From Sulfuricurvum sp. PC08-66 (GTDB lineage Bacteria > Campylobacterota > Campylobacteria > Campylobacterales > Sulfurimonadaceae), in the NCBI GenBank assembly GCA_000830255.1, contig JQIT01000002.1, positions 181,020-245,019 on the forward strand: a DNA stretch of 64,000 bases. The letters are read 5' to 3'. The notes beneath the pieces were generated by a model. The model worked only from the letters and a program-made list of their open reading frames with translations, did not search any database and was not told the origin of the DNA. The position numbers and the translations under genes are program-made. Of the stretch, positions 57,040 to 64,000 are shown one piece after another. How positions within the stretch are numbered: position 1 is the stretch's first letter; each line of letters begins with the position of its first letter.

Positions 57040-57373
57040 GGGCTTGCTCCTTTGGTGTGGTATCGATACGCAAATAGGGTCGCCAATAGCCACGTCCACC
57101 GCGCAGAGAGACACACTCATGCATCGGCAATTTTTTGCGGTACTCACCGATACGCTCTTTGGTCACTTTGCCCGTATCGCAATAGAAAACCAACAGCGCA
57201 CCTGTGGGAAGTTTGGCTAACTCTACGGGATTGTAAACAACCGTATTTGCACCCTCGATACTTTTGAGTATCGTATCGACCAAAAGCACGGTTCTGCCAC
57301 TGCTTTTGGAGGCTTGAAGTGCCTCTAAATAGGCCTCTTGGGTAATTTCATCGATACTGTTTTGGCTTGACAT
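56993..57373 (-). CDS. Rhodanese-like domain protein
   Basis: 126 aa. ...LLVDT...LVFYCDTGKV...LRGGRGYW fits the rhodanese pattern (active-site Cys loop, C-terminal GG..W). Its tail overlaps the downstream DUF309 gene. Confidence 0.45.
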   Translation of the reverse strand: MSSQNSIDEITQEAYLEALQASKSSGRTVLLVDTILKSIEGANTVVYNPVELAKLPTGALLVFYCDTGKVTKERIGEYRKKLPMHECVSLRGGRGYWRPYLRIDTTPKEQAHEYRPYADEAPRCAL

Positions 57374-57414
57374 GGCGCCATTGTAACAAAAAAATTATCT
57401 GATTATAATGGCGC

Positions 57415-60252
57415 ATGTCAAAAAGCAAAAAACAGCATAAGCTCAACATCCACATCAAAGAGATTTTCAACGGCTTAGGCTTCGATGAGGGTATCGCACG
57501 ATTAGGTAGTGACCAACTTCTGGCACTTGCGATGCACCTAGCGCTTCCCCTCACGCACGCTGACGATGCGACTATCATCAAAGCACTTCGACGTATCTGG
57601 TCCAATGGCGCACTCGAAGATCGTCGCACTATCGTACACCACCTCCAAACCCTGCATCTGCACTTTGCAACACCAACCCAAAAAGAGCACATCGACAAAG
57701 AGCTCAAACTCGCCCAAGTGCTAGAGACGCTCACCGATGTCACACCAGAGGAGGTCAAACTCCTCAAAGAGCACTTTTTGGTACTCGAACCCAAAAAAAT
57801 TAATCCTCGCAAAATAGGACGTTTTTTGGAGCGCTATCGACTCCACCACACCAAAGAGCAGTTGGCAGTCGTAGGTGAAGGCACCTTCAATGAAGAGGGT
57901 GTTTTTGAGTTTTTCCACTCCTTTGCACTCACCCTTGGCGGAGAAAATTTCACCAAAATTTTTGTCCTCTCCACCGATGCCCTTGCCAAAACAGCATGGG
58001 AAGAGTTCGATTTTGAGGTACTCCAAAAAGAGCTAGAGGTGGCAAAACAGCGTGCTATCGAGGCGTTTGCGACGCAACTTGACGCACTTTTGGCGCAACT
58101 TAATCAGCCCGAACACCCCTATCTATCGATGGCAGAGCGTATCCAATGGCTCAAAGAGCTACGCCCAGAAGAGGATTTGGCGCACTCGACACTAGGCTTT
58201 GCGCTTTTGCATCGCATCATCAAAGCACACACTGCACCCCTGCACAATCTCATCGTCACACGCGACACGATTCACGCCATTCGCAAAGCGACCTACGCGC
58301 TAAATGCCAAACACGCGTTGGTCTACAGTTTTGAGGTGACCCTGCCTCTGTGGAGAGTCTCAGCATCGATACTGCAAGGCAAACCTCTGGAAATCGAGAG
58401 CGAACTTTTGGCGCAACAAGCCAAACAAATAGCCACCTTCTCGCTCAACTACGAAGCGCTTTTGTCTGAACTCTCCCAAGAGTGCAATGCTTTGGATTTA
58501 TCCATCGATGTGGCGCGTGAGTTTATTGCGATGCAACTCCAAAGCCTCTTTGAAAATGACCGCACGCTACACATCTCGCACAAAATGCACCAAACCATCC
58601 TCACCAACTTCACCCTTCACACCGCGCAACTGCGCTACCAAAAGCAACGTGAAGCGCTTTTGGCGCGTACTATTCGCGATTTCAAGGCGCTCTTTGCTTT
58701 GGCACGCACGCTCAAACGTCGTATCGTTTTTCATGTAGGACCTACCAACAGCGGCAAAACCTACCAAGCGATGCAAGCGCTCGCCAAAGCGGATACGGGA
58801 GTCTATTTGGCACCGTTGCGACTCTTGGCGCTAGAAGGGTACGAAAAGCTTATCGAGATGGGTGTTCCTACGACGCTTCTCACAGGTGAAGAGGAGATTT
58901 TCGATGAGGATGCAGGACACGTAAGCTCCACTATCGAGATGGCAAACTTCGAAATGGCGGTCGATGTCGCCGTCATCGATGAAATTCAGATGATTGCAGA
59001 CCGTGACCGTGGGTGGGCGTGGGCAAATGCGCTCATTGGTATTCCAGCCAAAGTGGTCTACCTCACAGGCTCCCTCGATGCGCTTGAAGCAGTTCAAGCA
59101 TTGTGCGCTTGGCTAGAGGAGCCGCTAGAGGTGGTCTATTTCGAGCGCAAAAACCGTCAAGAGATTTTGACCCATCCTACCTCGATAAAAGAGCTAGAAA
59201 AAGGCACAGCGCTTATCGCCTTTACCCGCAATGATGTCCTCTCCTATCGACAAAAGCTCTCAAGCAGCTACACCACCTCCGTCATCTACGGTAATCTCTC
59301 GCCCGAAGTGCGCCGTGAGGAGGCGCGTCGTTTTCGTGAGGGGCAAAGCGATATTCTCATCGCTACCGACGCCATTGCCATGGGGCTTAATCTACCCATC
59401 AAAACCCTCCTCTTTACCAAAGAGAGTAAATTTGACGGCGAAGAGAAACGCCTATTGTCGCCTAGCGAAGCGCAACAAATCGCAGGACGTGCAGGTCGCT
59501 ACGGTATCGAGGAGATTGGCTACATTGGAGCTATCGATAGACGTGTGCTTGGGCATATCACGCCACTTTTGACCAAGCCCCTCACCCCTATCAAGCCCCC
59601 TTTTAATGTCATGGCAAATTTTTCGCATATCGAGCTGGTCGCTTCGATACTGCAAACCCAACTGCTCGAAAAAATATTGGCATTTTTTGCCTCACACATG
59701 GAGTTCGATGGCCCTTTTAAGGCGGCAAATTTCGAAAGCATGCAACTCGTAGCACAAATCGTCGATCGCCATGCCTTGACCCTGCAAGAGCGATTTACCT
59801 TCGCTACGGCACCTGTGAGCAATACGCCCTCGATTTTGGAGAGCTTTGAAAACTACATCAAGCACTACGTCAACACCAAAAGAGTCCCCTACTTCGCACT
59901 GGAAAACCTCCCACAATATGCCGATACGCAAGAGCGACTCAAAGAGGTCGAGGACAAAATCAAGGAGATTTCGCTCTATTTGTGGCTAGCGTATCGCTAC
60001 AAAGAGGCTTTTTTTGACAAAGAGCGCGCCCTTGCCAACCGCCAACAGCTCAACGCTTTTATCGAAATCTCTCTTCAAAAAGGTGCCTTTATCAAGCGGT
60101 GTCGTGTCTGCGGCAAAGCACTCCCGATGGAGTACGAATACGCCATTTGCCAAGGCTGTTTTATGGCACAAAAACGTGAACTTCGCGCCCAAGAGCAAAA
60201 AAGCTTCAAATCCCCCTCACCCAAGAAAGGCGTTAGGAAACCTCGCTTATAA
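57415..60252 (+). CDS. SUV3-like (SUPV3L1 family) superfamily-2 helicase with long N-terminal extension and C-terminal zinc-ribbon
   Basis: 945 aa. Core ...IVFHVGPTNSGKTYQAMQAL...GVYLAPLRLLALE...VAVIDEIQMIADRDRGWAWANALIGI...ILIATDAIAMGLNLPI...QIAGRAGRYG is collinear with the Suv3 helicase motifs. About 430 aa N-terminal helical region of unknown function. C-terminal CRVCGKALPMEYEYAICQGC plus a basic tail. Confidence 0.75.
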   Translation: MSKSKKQHKLNIHIKEIFNGLGFDEGIARLGSDQLLALAMHLALPLTHADDATIIKALRRIWSNGALEDRRTIVHHLQTLHLHFATPTQKEHIDKELKLAQVLETLTDVTPEEVKLLKEHFLVLEPKKINPRKIGRFLERYRLHHTKEQLAVVGEGTFNEEGVFEFFHSFALTLGGENFTKIFVLSTDALAKTAWEEFDFEVLQKELEVAKQRAIEAFATQLDALLAQLNQPEHPYLSMAERIQWLKELRPEEDLAHSTLGFALLHRIIKAHTAPLHNLIVTRDTIHAIRKATYALNAKHALVYSFEVTLPLWRVSASILQGKPLEIESELLAQQAKQIATFSLNYEALLSELSQECNALDLSIDVAREFIAMQLQSLFENDRTLHISHKMHQTILTNFTLHTAQLRYQKQREALLARTIRDFKALFALARTLKRRIVFHVGPTNSGKTYQAMQALAKADTGVYLAPLRLLALEGYEKLIEMGVPTTLLTGEEEIFDEDAGHVSSTIEMANFEMAVDVAVIDEIQMIADRDRGWAWANALIGIPAKVVYLTGSLDALEAVQALCAWLEEPLEVVYFERKNRQEILTHPTSIKELEKGTALIAFTRNDVLSYRQKLSSSYTTSVIYGNLSPEVRREEARRFREGQSDILIATDAIAMGLNLPIKTLLFTKESKFDGEEKRLLSPSEAQQIAGRAGRYGIEEIGYIGAIDRRVLGHITPLLTKPLTPIKPPFNVMANFSHIELVASILQTQLLEKILAFFASHMEFDGPFKAANFESMQLVAQIVDRHALTLQERFTFATAPVSNTPSILESFENYIKHYVNTKRVPYFALENLPQYADTQERLKEVEDKIKEISLYLWLAYRYKEAFFDKERALANRQQLNAFIEISLQKGAFIKRCRVCGKALPMEYEYAICQGCFMAQKRELRAQEQKSFKSPSPKKGVRKPRL

Positions 60253-60276
60253 TTGCGTCACATTAAGGAGTCACGG

Positions 60277-61530
60277 ATGACTATCACGCTTCTAGGGCGA
60301 CAACCTATCTTCGACCGTCAAAATCAGGTCACTTTCTATCGCCTCACCTATCGCAATCGACCCAAAAACGATAAAATTCCTGCGCAAGCGTTGGCTGACT
60401 TTGCTCACAATTTCGACACATTGATGCATGCCATCGGCATCAATGCGGCACTCGAAGATAAGCGCGGCTGGGTCAAAATCAGCGATCAAATTTTGACCAA
60501 AACCGACTTAACGCTTTTGCCTGCTTCCAAGCTCATTTTTGAAATCGAGGCACAGGTATTTTCCATCAAACTCTCCCAAATTATCCAAGAGTACGCCGAA
60601 CAGGGGTACGTCTTTGCCCTCAATGAAGCGCTGGTCGAAGATGTCATTGCCAAGTGTGGAGAGGCGTACTTGGCGCTTTTTGAGTATGTGACCTTCAATA
60701 TTCGCAAGCTCGATATCGCACACTATCACGCCCATAACAAGCTCTTCGATGAGCTAGCCATCAAACGTGTCGCCACCCATGTCGAGACCAAACGTGGTCT
60801 AGAAATTGCCCTTGAAATGGGTTTTGATTATGTATGCGGGAGCTTTTTCAAAGAGGCTACCGTCATCAAAGGCAAACAGCTAAGCCCTCATCAGACCACC
60901 TATTTGCAACTCATTAGCCTCCTCAACAACCCTGAATCGACACCCGACATTGTCACCCTTTTCAAACACGCACCCAGTGAGAGTTTGCAACTTCTCTCTT
61001 ATATCAACTCAGCAGGCTTAGCCACCAACAAAACCATCAACAACATCGAGCAAGCGGTCAAACTCTTGGGTCCCAAACGTCTACGTGCATGGGCTAATAT
61101 GATGCTTTTGGCGTGTGAAGAGGGCAATTTCAATGAACTGCTTTTGGATACATCACTCATGCGTGCCTATATGATGGAGCGATTGGCGCATATATTACAC
61201 CGAGACGCACTCATGGACGAAGCCTATTTGGTAGGGATGCTCTCCTTAGCCGATACGATTTTGGCGCTACCGATGCAGACCTTGGTAGAGAAAATACATC
61301 TGGGCGAGAGCGTCGCAAAGGCGTTGGCGTTGGGCGAAGGTGAATTGGGCAAAATTTTGCACATCGTCAAAGCTATCGAGCGTGGTAATTTCCGCCAAAT
61401 CGAAATCTTTTCACGCCGTCTCAATATCCCTTTTGAGAGCATCCACATACTCCTCAAAGAGGCTTTCGTCTACGTACGCACCACCAAAAGCCAACTCTCG
61501 ACGACCAAAGAGAGCACTAAAAAAGCGTAG
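60277..61530 (+). CDS. Degenerate EAL domain + HDOD domain signalling protein (COG3434/YuxH-like)
   Basis: Start trimmed to MTITLLGRQPIFDRQNQVTFYRLTYRN. That is the EAL-domain opening with the EAL motif itself replaced (Glu->Arg). C-terminal HDOD-like region (...TTYLQLISLLNNPESTPDIVTLFKHAPSESLQLLSYINSAGL...). Confidence 0.65.
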   Translation: MTITLLGRQPIFDRQNQVTFYRLTYRNRPKNDKIPAQALADFAHNFDTLMHAIGINAALEDKRGWVKISDQILTKTDLTLLPASKLIFEIEAQVFSIKLSQIIQEYAEQGYVFALNEALVEDVIAKCGEAYLALFEYVTFNIRKLDIAHYHAHNKLFDELAIKRVATHVETKRGLEIALEMGFDYVCGSFFKEATVIKGKQLSPHQTTYLQLISLLNNPESTPDIVTLFKHAPSESLQLLSYINSAGLATNKTINNIEQAVKLLGPKRLRAWANMMLLACEEGNFNELLLDTSLMRAYMMERLAHILHRDALMDEAYLVGMLSLADTILALPMQTLVEKIHLGESVAKALALGEGELGKILHIVKAIERGNFRQIEIFSRRLNIPFESIHILLKEAFVYVRTTKSQLSTTKESTKKA

Positions 61531-62071
61531 GCTCCAACGCTTTGATTTTGAAACTTCGACGGTGATATGGCGTGTAGCCCCACTGTTGGATAGCCGCAAT
61601 ATGTTGCGCTGTGCCATACCCCATGTGTGAAGCAAAACCGTAGTGGGGATAGAGCGCATCGAGCTCTAGTATGAGCCTATCGTGTGTCACTTTGGCGACT
61701 ATCGATGCGGCACTTACACTTGGGATAGTGGCATCGGCTTTGACCAAAGTAGTCAAGTTCGGCACCCCGAACGTAGTATTGCCATCGAAGAGCACTTCGA
61801 GTGGTTGAAGCGTCTGAATAATCTCACTCAATGCATCGTGCATTACTTGGGAAATACCTAGCGCATCGATAGTAGAGGCTTCGATGACGACACTGTGATA
61901 GGTAGAGCACTCGATGATACGCTCATAGAGCATTTCACGCCGTTTAGCAGTGAGCTTTTTGGAGTCGTTTAGTCCCTCGATAGCCTCATGCAGTATCACA
62001 CCTGCCACCACGAGCGGACCCGCCAAAGGTCCACGTCCTGCCTCATCGATACCGCATAGAGTGCTTACCAT
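61517..62071 (-). CDS. rnhB: Ribonuclease HII
   Basis: 184 aa. ...LCGIDEAGRGPLAGPLVVAGVIL.... Confidence 0.95.
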   Translation of the reverse strand: MVSTLCGIDEAGRGPLAGPLVVAGVILHEAIEGLNDSKKLTAKRREMLYERIIECSTYHSVVIEASTIDALGISQVMHDALSEIIQTLQPLEVLFDGNTTFGVPNLTTLVKADATIPSVSAASIVAKVTHDRLILELDALYPHYGFASHMGYGTAQHIAAIQQWGYTPYHRRSFKIKALEPTLF

Positions 62072-62150
62072 GTGGCAAAATCCTTTTTGTCAGGATTATA
62101 CCATCGTGCATTGCCTATAATGCGCCCAAATTTCCTCAAGGAGACAACCC

Positions 62151-63704
62151 ATGCGTACCGCTGATGGTTCCTATATTCATCGATGGAAGGGTTTGGGCGT
62201 GCTTATTCTAACGCTCTTTATCATCGCTATCGACAACACCGTTCTCAATGTAGCACTCCCTGCTATCTCTTATGATTTGCAAGCAAGCGCCAGCGATTTG
62301 CAGTGGATTTTGGATATTTATGTCCTCTTTTTCGCTTCACTTTTGCTCACCTCAGGCTCGCTCTCTGACCGCTATGGACGCAAACTTCTGCTCAATATCG
62401 GTATGGCAATTTTTGCCCTTGGCTCCTTGGGCGCGGCACTCTCACCCAATACCGAAATGCTTATTCTCATGCGCGGTCTCACGGGTATCGGCGGTGCTGC
62501 CATGATGCCTGCGACACTCTCTATCATGACCGATATGTTTCGCGATGAGACAGAGCGCCAAAAGGCGATTATGATTTGGTCGATGTCCTTTGGTATTGGG
62601 TTTGGGTTTGGACCTGTATTGGGTGGATGGCTTGTCGACAATTTGAGTTGGGAGTGGGTTTTTTATATCAATCTCCCTATTGCCATCATCACGCTTTTCG
62701 CCTCTGCACGCTATTTGCCAGAATCCTTTGACCCCAGCATCCCCAAAGAGGATTTGGTCGGAATGGGCTTAAGCATCGTGGCGCTTTTCACCCTCATCTA
62801 CGCCATTATCAAGGCAGGCACGCACGGCTGGACGCAGTGGGATGTGCTCTTGAATTTAGCCGTGGGCGCGCTTTTCATGACTGTTTTCATTCTCTGGGAG
62901 CGTCGTACGCCGCACGCCATGATGCCGATGAAGCTTTTTAAAAATCGCAGTTTCACTATCGCAACGGTCGTTATTACCTTGGTGATGTTTGGGATGATGG
63001 GGACGATGTATTTCTTCTCGCAATACCTCCAAACGATTCAGCACTACAGCGCTTTGGCCGCGGGTGCGTTGCTCATACCGCTAACGTTGGCGATGACCTT
63101 TGCCACCATGATAGCGATGCCAATGATGAAACGTTTTGGTATGCGCTGGACGACTACTATAGGCGTAGTGGCTTCAGCGTTGGGCATGGGGTGGTTTTGG
63201 TACATGGTCGATGTTGATACTACGCTTTGGATTATTATGACTGGGTTTGTGATACAGGGGTTTGGAATTGGTCTAGCGATGATGCCTGCCACTGAATCTA
63301 TCATGGCAAGCCTACCTCAAAGCAAACTGGGCATTGGCTCGGCGATGAACGACACAGCACGTGAGCTAGGCGGTGCGGTGAGTGTGGCAGTGATGGGCGC
63401 TATTATGAACGCGATTTATATCGCCGCGACCGTCACCCTAGGCTCGCAGGGCGAAGTGGCAGTGTTGGGTACAACTGCACTTGAACTTATCCAAAGCTCC
63501 ATTCAAGGCGCTCATGCAGTAGCTAGCACGGTTCCTAATACACACCTCGAACATATCATCCTCACAACCGCCGATAGCGCCTTCGTCGATGGGATGCGTC
63601 ACGCGATGGCGATAGGGATGATTGTCACGCTACTCTCTGCACTTTTGGCGGCTCTTGCGATGCCATCACGCCAAATCGTCTCTACACACGAGGAGCTTGC
63701 CTAA
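62151..63704 (+). CDS. MFS transporter, DHA2 (EmrB/QacA, 14-TMS) drug:H+ antiporter family
   Basis: 517 aa. ...IAIDNTVLNVALPAISYDLQAS...DIYVLFFASLLLTSGSLSDRYGRK... MFS motif A, 14 hydrophobic segments. Confidence 0.9.
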   Translation: MRTADGSYIHRWKGLGVLILTLFIIAIDNTVLNVALPAISYDLQASASDLQWILDIYVLFFASLLLTSGSLSDRYGRKLLLNIGMAIFALGSLGAALSPNTEMLILMRGLTGIGGAAMMPATLSIMTDMFRDETERQKAIMIWSMSFGIGFGFGPVLGGWLVDNLSWEWVFYINLPIAIITLFASARYLPESFDPSIPKEDLVGMGLSIVALFTLIYAIIKAGTHGWTQWDVLLNLAVGALFMTVFILWERRTPHAMMPMKLFKNRSFTIATVVITLVMFGMMGTMYFFSQYLQTIQHYSALAAGALLIPLTLAMTFATMIAMPMMKRFGMRWTTTIGVVASALGMGWFWYMVDVDTTLWIIMTGFVIQGFGIGLAMMPATESIMASLPQSKLGIGSAMNDTARELGGAVSVAVMGAIMNAIYIAATVTLGSQGEVAVLGTTALELIQSSIQGAHAVASTVPNTHLEHIILTTADSAFVDGMRHAMAIGMIVTLLSALLAALAMPSRQIVSTHEELA

Positions 63705-63988
63705 GCTCTTCGCACCTCAAAAAGCTGTATGAGTGAAAGCATCTGCATCAACTCATACAACTCCTCCTGATGTACCACCATCGATACACGTACCTTATCA
63801 ACATGAATTTTTTTATTGAGATAACCAATGATGGTCGATGCAAGCGAATAGGCATCTTTGAACTCTAGCACGACTGTTTTATTGTGCAGGGTGATACTCT
63901 CGATACGGTCTTTGAGCAGTTGCGCTTCGGCAAAACTTTTTACGACACCCTCGATGGTGAGCCAATTTTCGCTTTGGAGAATATTCAT
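63701..63988 (-). CDS. Hypothetical small protein (95 aa)
   Basis: Complete ORF convergent with the MFS gene. No motif recognised. Confidence 0.3.
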   Translation of the reverse strand: MNILQSENWLTIEGVVKSFAEAQLLKDRIESITLHNKTVVLEFKDAYSLASTIIGYLNKKIHVDKVRVSMVVHQEELYELMQMLSLIQLFEVRRA

Positions 63989-64000
63989 ATAACCTTTTCC

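Overview
This is a ~64 kb chromosomal segment, GC about 45-48%, of a Campylobacterota (epsilonproteobacterial) genome. Several features point to a Helicobacteraceae-like organism: a four-subunit pyruvate:ferredoxin oxidoreductase porGDAB, a murE/HP1493-like/NifU-like gene order, and the conserved tRNA-Thr/Tyr/Gly/Thr-tuf-rpmG arrangement. The flagellin is Campylobacter-type. Coding density is high and almost everything is housekeeping: tuf, tkt, ispA, panD, moeA, rsmE/rsmI, rpmE, hom, trxA/trxB, dapB, purF, hisIE, ilvE, ribE, luxS, rpsI/rplM, murE, and an rpmJ-rpsM-rpsK-rpsD-rpoA-rplQ cluster. I found no transposase, integrase, CRISPR array, rRNA or obvious phage or defence genes, so this is not a mobile island. 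Four tRNAs and two ribosomal-protein genes absent from the ORF track (rpmG, rpmJ) were recovered by hand. The non-housekeeping content is signalling and unknown-function modules. (1) A FecR-like / CHASE2 class-III nucleotidyl cyclase / class-II cNMP phosphodiesterase-like operon, which is the strongest candidate for an undescribed system. (2) A SUV3-like helicase with a long N-terminal extension next to a degenerate EAL-HDOD protein. (3) A tightly coupled luxS / two unknown small proteins / MnmC-like methyltransferase operon. (4) Three tandem paralogous small membrane proteins coupled to hisIE. (5) A sigma54-driven 648-aa flagellin followed by an orphan 7TMR-DISM histidine kinase and a Maf-like N-terminal fragment carrying a 12-bp in-frame tandem repeat. 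Coordinates derived by hand may be off by one; ORF-track coordinates are used where available, and the track reports TTG/GTG starts as M.
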